Positions 1 through 14,108 of a stretch of 64,000 nt of DNA are shown one piece after another (position 1 is the first letter of the stretch; every line of letters begins with the position of its first letter). The DNA is from Macrostomum lignano (Eukaryota): NCBI GenBank assembly GCA_002269645.1, contig NIVC01002709.1:1-64000 (forward strand). The letters are read 5' to 3'. Both the position numbers and the translations under genes were made by a program. Under the pieces are notes generated by a model that made no database searches, was not told the DNA's origin, and saw only the letters and a list, made by a program, of their open reading frames with translations.

Positions 1-1877
1 TACTAGGACAGACACTAAGACACTAGACAGACACTAAGACACTAAGATACTAGGACAGACACTAAGACACTAAGATACTAGGACAGACACTAAGATACTA
101 GGACAGACACTAAGATACTAGGACAGACACTAAGATACTAGGATAGACACTAAGACACTAAGATACTAGGACAGACACTAAGACACTAAGATACTAGGAC
201 AGACACTAAGATACTAGGACAGACACTAAGACACTAAGATACTAGGACAGACACTAAGATACTAGGACAGACACTAAGATACTAGGACAGACACTAAGAT
301 ACTAGGACAGACACTAAGATACTAGGACAGACACTAAGATACTAGGACAGACACTAAGATACTAGGACAGACACTAAGACACTAGGACAGACACTAAGAC
401 ACTAAGATACTAGGACAGACACTAAGATACTAGGACAGACACTAAGACACTAGGACAGACACTAAGACACTAAGATACTAGGACAGACACTAAGACACTA
501 AGATACTAGGACAGACACTAAGACACTAGGACAGACACTAAGACACTAAGATACTAGGACAGACACTAAGACACTAGGACAGACACTAAGACACTAAGAT
601 ACTAGGACAGACACTAAGACACTAAGATACTAGGACAGACACTAAGATACTAGGACAGACACTAAGATACTAGGACAGACACTAAGATACTAGGATAGAC
701 ACTAAGACACTAAGATACTAGGACAGACACTAAGACACTAAGATACTAGGACAGACACTAAGATACTAGGACAGACACTAAGACACTAAGATACTAGGAC
801 AGACACTAAGACACTAAGATACTAGGACAGACACTAAGATACTAGGACAGACACTAAGACACTAAGATACTAGGACAGACACTAAGATACTAGGACAGAC
901 ACTAAGATACTAGGACAGACACTAAGATACTAGGACAGACACTAAGATACTAGGACAGACACTAAGACACTAGGACAGACACTAAGACACTAAGATACTA
1001 GGACAGACACTAAGACACTAAGATACTAGGACAGACACTAAGACACTAGGACAGACACTAAGACACTAAGATACTAGGACAGACACTAAGACACTAGGAC
1101 AGACACTAAGACACTAAGATACTAGGACAGACACTAAGACACTAAGATACTAGGACAGACACTAAGATACTAGGACAGACACTAAGATACTAGGACAGAC
1201 ACTAAGATACTAGGATAGACACTAAGACACTAAGATACTAGGACAGACACTAAGACACTAAGATACTAGGACAGACACTAAGATACTAGGACAGACACTA
1301 AGACACTAAGATACTAGGACAGACACTAAGACACTAAGATACTAGGACAGACACTAAGATACTAGGACAGACACTAAGACACTAAGATACTAGGACAGAC
1401 ACTAAGACACTAGGACAGACACTAAGACACTAAGATACTAGGACAGACACTAAGACACTAGGACAGACACTAAGACACTAAGATACTAGGACAGACACTA
1501 AGACACTAAGATACTAGGACAGACACTAAGATACTAGGACAGACACTAAGATACTAGGACAGACACTAAGATACTAGGACAGACACTAAGACACTAAGAT
1601 ACTAGGACAGACACTAAGACACTAGGACAGACACTAAGACACTAAGACACTAGGACAGACACTAAGACACTAGGACAGACACTAAGACACTAGGACACTA
1701 AGACACTAGGACAGACACTAAGACACTAAGACACTAGGACAGACACTAAGACACTAGGACAGACACTAAGACACTAGGACACTAAGACACTAGGACAGAC
1801 ACTAAGACACTAGGACAGACACTAAGACACTAGGACACTAAGACACTAGGACAGACACTAAGACACTAGGACAGATA
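1..1877. repeat. Modular minisatellite built from GACACTAA, GATACTAG and GACA modules (20- and 28-bp units mixed); runs off the window start
   Basis: Directly visible units gatactaggacagacactaa and gatactaggacagacactaagacactaa, shifting to gacactag variants after about 1620. Confidence 0.97.
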
Positions 1878-2443
1878 CATGACATGCAGTAGAAACAGTA
1901 ATCTAAGGACAGCCTCTGGAGGTAGCATTTGGCTGCTTTAACTTCCTGTAGCCAAATTGAAGCATTTCCAAAAATAGTATGCGTTTGTGTTAAATTTAGT
2001 CATAGCAGGCCATTCCGGATTCTAAAAACCGCAGACGAACGCTGCACTTATTCCAGTCATAACCTTGTTTTAAAACACCTTGTGACCACCCCAGTCAAGT
2101 TTAAAAGATAATAAAGCACTGATAAAACTACCTTTCAATGACTGCAATAAGGTTGTGTGCTTTCGATGAGTTTTGGTAATTCACAAACATGACTCAGAAG
2201 TTCGCTCTCTGGCAAATGCTTATCACCTGGCTGCTTCAGTCCTATTTTCTCAACATCCTTGTTTGTTTATCAGTCCCTTGTGTTGTAGAAAAGCACGCAC
2301 AATGTGGCAAATGCATTTTGTATGCACAGGACTCAGTGTACACTGCCGAGTGCTTGTGCGCAGCTGCACAGTACACTGGAGAGTAGGGAGAGAGAGGGAG
2401 AGAGAGAGAGGGCAGAGAAAGAGAAGCCCCATCTGCCAAACAG

Positions 2444-2480
2444 TATAAAAGGGAAGTTCCCTGGCTAACAGGGGATTTCC
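2444..2480 (+). promoter_or_regulatory. TATA-like box followed by two kappaB-like motifs upstream of the TNF-family gene
   Basis: TATAAAA at 2444-2450, GGGAAGTTCC at 2451-2460 and GGGGATTTCC at 2471-2480 (both fit GGGRNNYYCC); GA-rich tract at about 2380-2420; ATG at 2606. Function is inferred. Confidence 0.4.
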
Positions 2481-2605
2481 AATTCTCCCAGTAAGGCAAC
2501 GCGACTGTTTTTTTCGTTTTTCGTTTCCTATTTAATCTTGCAGTCTTCACCTGAGGCCCCTACGATCTTTGTCAGACAGAATCTTCCACAACCAAAGCCA
2601 AAACA

Positions 2606-4648
<2,043 letters not shown>

Positions 4649-6000
4649 AAAATGGAAGCTGAGCGATGGGGCTCCGTTGATGTCGTGTAGCAGCTGTACA
4701 CGCAAATAATTGACCAATGAAACTTTTAAATGTGGAAAGCTTGCAGCCTAATTATTGTCTGTTTGCATGGATTCTAGATACTAAAATAGATGGGCCACTC
4801 AAGTATATGTACTTTGTAAAACAGCTTTCTACTTTCAGTTCAATAGCAAAGAAGAATACATTAGCTGTTATATAAAAATAACGACTGATAAAGTTTAGAA
4901 GCCCAAGCGTGCAGGCACAAACAACTTGCTAATTGGTTCAGCAGTAATGTACATTAGCCAGTCCACTGAAATGTACATGGCAGCTTTAGGCTGGAATTCC
5001 GAGAAAGGCAATAAAAATTAGGGCGGGGCGGCGGGGTAGTGTGGAAAGGCGCGGTTGGAGGGTTTAAGCCGGAGGGGGGGGGTTAGAGCCAATAAATGAG
5101 TCTTGGCTTTAAAAATAGATTAAAATGCTTCTGCTAAACTAGCTACTGAACTGAAAGTAGTTTACACGCAAATGTGCTGAGTTGCCCATCTAGTTATTCT
5201 AGTATCTGTGATTTTAGTCTGTTAGCCTACTGCCCATTATTTATTGCTTGCTTGTTATTCTCTCTTGTGTACAGAATGCCTGACTCATAAAATGTGATGT
5301 GCTGACACTAGCTCGTACTGGAATGTTAGCGCCGAAAAGAGTTGATCAATAGTCTTAACTTTTAGATTATGCTAATGTATTATAATTCTGTAGTCGAAGT
5401 TTTAATCTGGACCAACTTTTGTACTTTTATATTTCATTCAGCTGCTGTTCCCGTGTCTGTCCTGCGTAAAATATGTAAAGAAATACACATTCCGAAAACG
5501 TAACAAAGGACTATATATAAGTCACTTGAAGGAATTAAAAACAATTATTAATCTGCTTACCCATTGAGTGTCGCTTTGCAGATTATTTAATTTTTATTTT
5601 GCAGAGAAAGTAAAACTAATTAATGAAAATTAAAATAATTCAAATATTTATTAAGGCAATATAGTAGACATAGCTTAGCAGATAAACAGCTTCATTTGAA
5701 CACCAACCCTGTTGAATTTTTTAATAAAACATGTGCAAAGCCGAGCCATTTTTGTGTCTTTTAAACTTCTATCAGCAGTAAAAAACAGAAAAAAGCATTA
5801 AAACTAATTCAGACTTCTGAGTGAAAAAGAAGCACGTTTCGAATCAGCCCTACACAAGTCCATACAATCAGTTTGCAAACTAAAATTCGAAGCACCACTT
5901 CTAAGATCATGTACATCAGTAACAGGCGATTCCTTCACCACAGTCAGGCACCTAACCCTCTCCCATACATGTAGGGGCAGACCTGCTTAGCGGCAGCCAG

Positions 6001-6983
6001 CAGTCACCCCAACCCCCCATCGCAGCCAGCAGTCACCCACCCCCCATCGCAGCCAGCAGTTTCCCACCCCCCCCTATCGCAGCTAGCAGTCACCCACCCA
6101 CCATCGCAGCCAGCAGTCACCCACCCCCACCCCCATCGCAGCCAAGCAGTCACCCACCCCCCATCGCAGCCAGCAGTCACCCACCCCCATCGCAGCCAGC
6201 AGTCACCCACCCCCACCCCCTATCGCAGCCAGCAGTCACCCACCCCCCATCGCAGCCAGCAGTCACCCACCCCCACCCCCATCGCAGCCAAGCAGTCACC
6301 CACCCCCCATCGCAGCCAGCAGTCACCCACCCCCCATCGCAGCCAGCACCCCCCCATCGCAGCCAGCAGTCACCCACCCCCCATCGCAACCAGCAGTCAC
6401 CCACCCCCATCGCAGCCAGCAGTCACGCACCCCCATCGCAACCAGCAGTCACCCACCCCCATCGCAGCCAGCAGTCACCCACCCCCATCGCAACCAGCAG
6501 TCACCCACCCCCCATCGCAGCCAGAAGTCACCCACCCCCCATCGCAGCCAGCAGTCACGCACCCCCATCGCAGCCAGCAGTAACCCACCCCCCATCGCAG
6601 CCAGCAGTCACCCACCCCCATCGCAGCCAGCAGTCACGCACCCCCCATCGCAGCCAGCAGTCACCCACCCCCATCGCAACCAGCAGTCACCCACCCCCAT
6701 CGCAGCCAGCAGTCACGCACCCCCATCGCAGCCAGCAGTCACCCACCCCCCATCGCAGCCAGCAGTCACCCACCCCCCATCGCAGCCAGCAGTCAACCAC
6801 CCCCATCGCAGCCAGCAGTCACGCACCCCCCATCGCAGCCAGCAGTCACGCACCCCCATCGCAGCCAGCAGTCACCCACCCCCATCGCAGCCAGCAGTCA
6901 CCCACCCCCATCGCAGCCAGCAGTCACGCACCCCCATCGCAGCCAGCAGTCACGCACCCCCATCGCAGCCAGCAGTCACCCCT
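6001..6983. repeat. C-rich 26-32-bp minisatellite (CAGTCACCCACCCCCATCGCAGCCAG) directly after the GT32 stop codon
   Basis: More than 30 visible units; G-run-rich on the minus (sense) strand. Confidence 0.97.
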
Positions 6984-6989
6984 GCCCAG

Positions 6990-9900
6990 TCAAGCGAAGC
7001 ACATTTTGGCAGCCAGCGGCGCGGCCTCCAGGTCCGATGGCGCCAGCGGTCCGGCGCCCCCATTATTTGGGCGGCCGTGCAGCAGTTCGCCAACTTGGAA
7101 TCTTTTCAATGGCCGGCGCCGGTCCCGGTTAGCTGCCGCCGGGTAGCCCAGGTGAAGGAACCGGTGAATTCCTAGGGTCTCGATGGTTAGCCACTGGTCT
7201 GCCTGCTGACTGTAGCCAGACTGGCTGAACTTTTTACAGGCGGTCAACTTCAAAGATATGGGATCCTCAAAGCCTGACGGCCTGTCATTCAGTTCCCGAG
7301 GCTGGTAGTGCTGTCGAAGGCGATACAGTCTGTGGAATACCGCCGGTCTTTTTGTCGGATTCAGCAGGCGTTCTTTATTGGATGAAAAAACAGTGGCGAG
7401 ATAAAAGTCAGATAAAAAATTCTATGAAGTACACAGTGCCCTCTTTTCGTTATCAAATAAGCCATTAAGAAATCAGCTTTCAATCTGCTGTGCTATTTTT
7501 AGATCCGTAATGTGCGTTAGTCTTGATGTACCCGAGCTATTTTTAGACTATGGGCAGAGTGGATCAATCTCTGACTGTGCGGTGTCAATGTACGCGAGCT
7601 ATTTTTAGACTCTGGCTAAAGTGGATCAATCTCTGACTGTGCGGTGTCAATGTACGCGAGCTATTTTTAGACTCTGGCCAAAGTGGATCAATCTCTGACT
7701 GTGCGGTGTCAATGTACGCGAGCTATTTTTAGACTCTGGGCAAAGTGGATCAATCTCTGACTGTGCGGTGTCAATGTACGCGAGCTATTTTTAGACTCTG
7801 GGCAAAGTGGATCAATCTCTGACTGTGCGGTGTCAATGTACGCGAGCTATTTTTAGACTCTGGGCAAAGCGCGGCGATTACATACGATTATTGTTGTTTT
7901 GTTTTACTGTAGTAGTTAATTAATTGGCTTTAGCACTTACCGCAGACGGAGTTCAGAAGTGCAGACATGTCCAGCAGAGGTGAAAACACACTCGGGCTCA
8001 GTAGTCGCAGTCGCTGACTTCCCAATTTTGGCACCTCAGCAATGTACTGCTGGTACTGCTGTGTCAGGTAGAGAGGACCCGTTGAACTGATTATGTCGTC
8101 AACTGGTGAACGAGAAGCCAAGGTGAACATTTGACAGTCTCTCAGTCCACTGAGGTATATCTCAGCTAGCACTTCAAAAGCTATTTCATTACTTACCGTC
8201 CTTCTTTCGTGGTAAATTCTGAATCACTTTTGCTAGAAACGGGTGCTTCTTGACGCAGCCAATGACCGAGTTCATCACCGAGTACTCAGTGCCGTGAAGG
8301 ATTTGAGTCTGCTCTGGGCGCTCCTGATCGAAGAAGCAGGCCTCTGTTGCCACCAGAGTGTCGAACGGTTGAAGGCAGTGTACATCCATGTCGATGTACA
8401 CTCCTGTTGACGGTGTTGTTAGGGGAGTGAGTCACTGCTCACTAGGGATGTACATTCCAAACATTACACACTAGAGATGTACATTCCAAAAATTACACAC
8501 TAGAGATGTACATTCCAAACATTACACACTAGAGATGTACATTTCAAATATTACAATAGAATGTTGATACTTGGATTTATGGCCGCTACAACAAGCAATT
8601 TTTATGCATGCCATTGTTTTGGAGCAAGCAGCGTCTCAGGAACAATAGTTTGGGATTTCTTCCCCTCAATTTTTCCCCTTCCATATGCTGCTGCGGATTA
8701 GAAAAAAATACCATCAATATTTCATGCGTCGAGAGAAGCAGGCCCCCATTTAGCTGCAGTGGCCCAGAGATGGCAGGGCTGGGGGCTGCAGGACATTAAT
8801 AGCTGAGAAATTTCAGACTTTCAGGAAATTTTTCCTGGCTTTTTCTCTTTCAGCAATATTTTTTGTTGCTGGAGATATTCCATCCCGTTGTCCAATGCAA
8901 TGAGAGCTTGATTCAAATACTACGGCTAAAGTAGAGTTTATGATTTCCAGGAATAATTGGTGCCGCAGCAAAATGGACTCTTAGGAAATTCTTGCCAAAA
9001 TAAATTGCTATAGGAAGATCCAAGTCAAAGTCTTCTATGGAAAATCCCTGTAGAAATCATCTCTAACAATAACCTGAGGGAAATCCCTATGGAAATCCCC
9101 TGTGGGATATATTTTTTGATAAATCGGGAAACCCCTTGCGGGAAACCCCTTGCGGGAAACCCCTTGCGGGAAACCCCTTGCGGGAAACCCCTTGCGGGAA
9201 ACCCCTTGCGGGAAACCCCTTGCGGGAAACCCCTTGCGGGAAACCCCTTGCGGGAAACCCCTTGCGGGAAACCCCTTGCGGGAAACCCCTTGCGGGAAAC
9301 CCCTTGCGGGAAACCCCTTGCGGGAAACCCCTTGCGGGAAACCCCTTGCGGGAAACCCCTTGCGGGAAACCCCTTGCGGGAAACCCCTTGCGGGAAACCC
9401 CTTGCGGGAAACCCCTTGCGGGAAACCCCTTGCGGGAAACCCCTTGCGGGAAACCCCTTGCGGGAAACCCCTTGCGGGAAACCCCTTGCGGGAAACCCCT
9501 TGCGGGAAACCCCTTGCGGGAAACCCCTTGCGGGAAACCCCTTGCGGGAAACCCCTTGCGGGAAACCCCTTGCGGGAAACCCCTTGCGGGAAACCCCTTG
9601 CGGGAAACCCCTTGCGGGAAACCCCTTGCGGGAAACCCCTTGCGGGAAACCCATTGGGGGAAATCCCCTGTAGGAAATCCCTTGTGGGTACAGGAAGCTG
9701 TCAGCCCTAGAATTCAGTGCCGTCACCTCCAAAGTGGTACAGAATGAAGTAGCGCAGGGCATCGGATCTCTGCAAGGTGTTCTTGTATCCGTCGAACATG
9801 GCCAGGTAGGCCGGGTAGTTTGCCGCTACAAATCTTCTCGCCTCAGTATCTGTCCAGAGCACGTAGACAAAGTCCGGATGCCGACGAATGCAGGAGGCGA

Positions 9901-10204
9901 TGGAGTGCCTGTACAGCTCTGGCACGCTGTCGCTGGTGTAGATCTGGTGCAGCAGCAGCGGTATCCGGCCGTCGCATCGGCTGCTCAAATTCAGTCGGCG
10001 AGGCCGGCTTGCTGCGGCCAGCTGGCGGATTCTCGCGTCAATTTGGGGGTCTCCGGTGAGCTGCAGCCAGGCCGGCTCCTCCCAGGTGAAGTAGATCCAG
10101 CCCCGGCCGACCGAGTACACGAATAGCAACAGCAGCAGCAGCAGCAGCAATGAGAGCAGAGGAGAGCAGCCCGAGCCGCGGCGCAGGCAGCGGAAGAGGC
10201 GCAT
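6990..10204 (-). CDS. GT32-family DXD glycosyltransferase, SUR1/CSH1 (MIPC synthase)-like, type II membrane, about 409 aa; exons 10204-9727, 8403-8197, 8102-7941, 7372-6990
   Basis: N-terminal TM poly-Leu; IPLLLHQIY...HPDFVYVLWTD...QRSDALRYFILYHFG|GVYIDMD (DXD), HPFL and TGPLYLT motifs; all four exons join in frame through GT-AG introns. Confidence 0.88.
7527..7868. repeat. 62-bp tandem repeat, about 5.5 copies, GT32 intron 3
   Basis: GGATCAATCTCTGACTGTGCGGTGTC recurs at 7561, 7623, 7685 and so on. Confidence 0.95.
8442..8555. repeat. 29-bp tandem repeat, about 4 copies, GT32 intron 1
   Basis: CTAGAGATGTACATTCCAAACATTACACA at 8442, 8471, 8500, 8529. Confidence 0.92.
9126..9651. repeat. 14-bp tandem repeat GGGAAACCCCTTGC, about 37 perfect copies, GT32 intron 1
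   Basis: Directly visible; explains the overlapping repeat ORFs in the track. Confidence 0.99.
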
Positions 10205-10293
10205 GTCGACGGCTGGGGGCGCGCGGTCACTGCAGGAGCGCCTGCGGTTGGGGATGGGGAGGGCGTGGCGGATTCTGGTGGAGCACCGGCCTG

Positions 10294-10902
10294 ATGTGTC
10301 TGTAGATTTATTCACTGTGTCTGTAGATTTACTCACTGTGTCTGTAGATTTACTCATTGTGTCTGTAGATTTACTCATTGTGTCTGTAGATTTACTCATT
10401 GTGTCTGCAGATTTACTCATTGTGTCTGTAGATTTACTCATTGTGTCTGTAGATTTGCTCATTTTGACTGTAGATTTACTCACAGTGTCTGTAGATTTAC
10501 TCATTGTGTCTGTAGATTTACTCATTGTGTCTGTAGATTTGCTCATTGTGTCTGTAGATTTACTCATTGTGTCTGTAGATTTACTCATTGTGTCTGTAGA
10601 TTTGCTCATTTTGACTGTAGATTTACTCACTGTGTCTGTAGATTTACTCATTGTGTCTGTAGATTTACTCATTGTGTCTGTAGATTTATTCATTGTGTCT
10701 GTAGATTTACTCATTGTGTCTGTAGATTTATTCATTGTGTCTGTAGATTTACTCATTGTGTCTGTAGATTTATTCATTGTGTCTGTAGATTTACTCATTG
10801 TGTCTGTAGATTTATTCATTGTGTCTGTAGATTTACTCATTGTGTCTGTAGATTTATTCATTGTGTCTGCAGATCTACTCATTGTGTCTGTCGATTTGTG
10901 TT
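10294..10902. repeat. 21-bp tandem repeat TGTGTCTGTAGATTTACTCAT upstream of the GT32 ATG (probable 5' UTR intron)
   Basis: About 28 copies; a minus-strand acceptor-like CAG lies near 10293 and a donor-like GTAG near 11010. Confidence 0.95.
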
Positions 10903-11191
10903 AGTACTATGGGATTTGTCTTTAGTTGATGCAACTGTATCTAGAGAGTCTATTAGATTTAATCTAATAAGAGTCTATTAGATTAGATGTCCAGCACCTC
11001 TACATCTACCTGCAGCTGTCCGGCTCACCTGGAGTTCTTCGTTTTTCCGGCTTTGACTTTAGTTTTGATTCAGATCGCTGCGGGGCCTCTTCTGCCTTCC
11101 GTTGTTGCCTCGACGCTTCTGTGACAAATGGCTGCTGAATTTATAACAAGAAAGCATTGGGAAGAGACGCTGGCGGAGAGAGCGGGGAGAC

Positions 11192-11196
<5 letters not shown>

Positions 11197-11230
<34 letters not shown>
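11197..11230. repeat. (GA)n tract
   Basis: Directly visible, upstream of the GT32 gene. Confidence 0.9.
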
Positions 11231-11235
<5 letters not shown>

Positions 11236-11579
11236 GGAAAGCAGCAGTGAGGGACAAGCAACGGAAATGGAGAGTGGCTCTCTGTCAAAGCCCATGATTG
11301 GATTAAATTGGGATTTTTGGCTTGGAAAACTGAATTATTATTACTGAGCTGTTTCATGAGCATTGCAATAGATTTCGTAGAGTTCAACTGCAGCCTGCAG
11401 TGGGGGTGGCGACTGCCGACTCCCTGCTGCGCTGGTGGACAACTGAGGCTGTTTTATGCAGGCATTTCTGCCAGAGAGGCAGACTGGCAGTTCTTGCACC
11501 AGCCTAACCTGCTCAATGGCGGTTGCAAAACTCAGTTGAACAGTTCTGATAGCTTCCGCTGTAGCTAGGTTATTGGGAC

Positions 11580-13530
11580 TGATTTGGGGAACGATTAGGG
11601 GAACTGATTAGGGGAACTGGTTAGGGGAACTGATTAGGGGAACTGATTAGGGAAACTGATTAGGGGAACTGATTAGGGGAACTAATTAGGGGAACTGATT
11701 AGGCGAACTGATTAGGGAAACTGATTAGGGGAACTAATTAGGGGAACTAATAAGGGGAACTGCAGATAAGAGGAACTGATTAGAGGAACTGATTAGGGAA
11801 ATGATTAGGGGAACTGATTAGGTAAATGATTAGGGGAACTGATTAGGGAAATGATTAGGGGAACTGATAAGGGGAACTAATAAGGGGAACTGCAGATAAG
11901 AGGAACTGATTAGAGGAACTGATTAGGGAAATGATTAGGGGAACTGATTAGGTAAATGATTAGGGGAACTGATTAGGGAAATGATTAGGGAACTGATAAG
12001 GGGAACTGCACATAAGAGGAAATTATTAGGGGAACTGATTAGGGAAATGATTAGGGGTGATTAGGGGAACTAATAAGGGGAACTGCAGATAAGAGGAACT
12101 GATTAGAGGAACTGATTAGGGAAATGATTAGGGGAACTGATTAGGTAAATGATTAGGGGAACTGATTAGGGAAATGATTAGGGGAACTGATAAGGGGAAC
12201 TGCACATAAGAGGAAATTATTAGGGGAACTGATTAGGGAAATGATTAGGGGAACTGATTATGGGAACTGATTAGGGGAACTGATTAGGGGAACTGATTAG
12301 GGGAACTGATTAGGGAAACTGATTAGGGGAACTGATTAGGGGAACTGATTAGGGAAACTGATTAGGGGAACTGATTAGGGGAACTGATAAGGGGAACTGC
12401 ACATAAGAGGAAATTATTAGGGGAACTGATTAGGGAAACTGATTAGGGGAACTGATTAGGGGAACTGATTAGGGGAACTGATTAGGGGAACTGATTAGGG
12501 GAACTGATTAGGGGAACTGATTAGGGGAACTGATTAGGGAAACTGATTAGGGAAACTGATTAGGGGAACTGATTAGGGGAACTGATTAGGGGAACTGATT
12601 AGGGGAACTGATTAGGGAAACTGATTAGGGGAACTGATTAGGGGAACTAATAAGGGGAACTGCAGATAAGAGGAACTGATTAGAGGAACTGATTAGGGAA
12701 ATGATTAGGGGAACTGATTAGGTAAATGATTAGGGGAACTGATTAGGGAAATGATTAGGGGAACTGATAAGGGGAACTGCACATAAGAGGAAATTATTAG
12801 GGGAACTGATTAGGGAAATGATTAGGGGTGATTAGGGAAATGATTAGGGGAACTGATTAGGGAAATGATTAGGGGTGATTAGGGAAATGATTAGGGGTGA
12901 TTAGGGAACTGATTAGGGGTGATTAGGGGAACTGATTAGGGGTGATTAGGGGAACTGATTAGGGGTGATTAGGGGAACTGATTAGGGGAACTGATTAGGG
13001 AAATGATTAGGGGAACTGATAAGGGGAACTGATAAGGGGAACTGATAAGGGGAACTGCACATAAGAGGAAATGATTAGGGGAACTGATTAGGGAAATGAT
13101 TAGGGGTGATTAGGGAAATGATTAGGGGAACTGATTAGGGAAATGATTAGGGGTGATTAGGGAAATGATTAGGGGAACTGATTATGGGAACTGATTAGAG
13201 GAATGATTAGGGAACTGATTAGGGGTGATTAGGGGAACTGATTAGGGGTGATTAGGGGAACTGATTAGGGGTGATTAGGGGAACTGATTAGGGGTGATTA
13301 AGGGAACTGATTAGGGGTGATTAGGGGAACTGATTAGGGGTGATTAGGGGAACTGATTAGGGGTGATTAAGGGAACTGATTATGGGTGATTAGGGGAACT
13401 GATTAGGGGTGATTAAGGGAACTGATTAGGGGTGATTAAGGGAACTGATTATGGGTGATTAGGGGAACTGATTAGAGGAACTGATTAGGGGAACTAATTA
13501 AGGGAACTGATTAGGGAAATGATTAGAGGA
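11580..13530. repeat. 12-13-bp minisatellite AACTGATTAGGGG containing the telomeric hexamer TTAGGG
   Basis: About 150 variant units with higher-order cassettes (for example GGGGAACTGCAGATAAGAGGAAC). Confidence 0.97.
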
Positions 13531-14108
13531 ACTTATAGATGCAGATGGACAGTGTGTTGAGCACAGATTTTCAAGCAGGCTCCGCAGACTTTAAGTTGCT
13601 TTTAGTTGAAAAAAATCCACCAAAAATGCACTTCTCTACAGCAGATCTAAATTTAACTCAAGGCTGGCGGCCCTGGAGCAGTGAGTAGCTTTCTTTGGTG
13701 TACAGAATTGCCTTTGCGCTCAGCATGGCAGACACCCTGTGACGCATGATTGACACAGAATAATTGGGAGAGCGGGAGGGAAGAGATGGAGCAGGTAATG
13801 ACATGCCAGGCTGGAGATGAGGGAGATGCGAGGAGTGCAATGGGAAACTGGTGCACATGTTCGCAATGCATTCAGAGCCATTGCAATTGGCATACATAAT
13901 ACAATAGAAAGTCAATAGTGTAGTGTAATCAAGAACTATATTTGGGCAGAGATGCAGTCAGACACCTGGGAGCAGAAGGCATTCTTATAGAATTATAAAA
14001 ATATTTCACATAAATACAAGGACTACTTAATATATACACTACTTTGGTCGTCCTTGATAAAATACTGACTGAATCGGATATTAGTTTTAGTAATGTGCTG
14101 GCGCCTCT

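Noticed and set aside
8166-8196. Apparent 25-31-nt ultra-short intron in the GT32 gene
   Set aside because: A better acceptor with a pyrimidine tract (TTCACCAG, 8103) gives a 94-nt intron and the expected spacing to the TGP motif.
10205-10882. N-terminal MSKSTDT-repeat extension of the GT32 ORF and LPCYLPS extension of the nicalin last exon
   Set aside because: Read-through of repeat DNA upstream of the true ATG or acceptor; the signal anchor begins at 10204 and the nicalin acceptor is at 28699-28700.
11580-13530. True telomere or chromosome end
   Set aside because: TTAGGG is interrupted by a constant spacer in every unit, and genes lie on both sides.
13653-13915. Short minus-strand ORFs as an extra innexin exon
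   Set aside because: The innexin frame ends with TGA at 17221, there is no strong donor, and no family motif is present.
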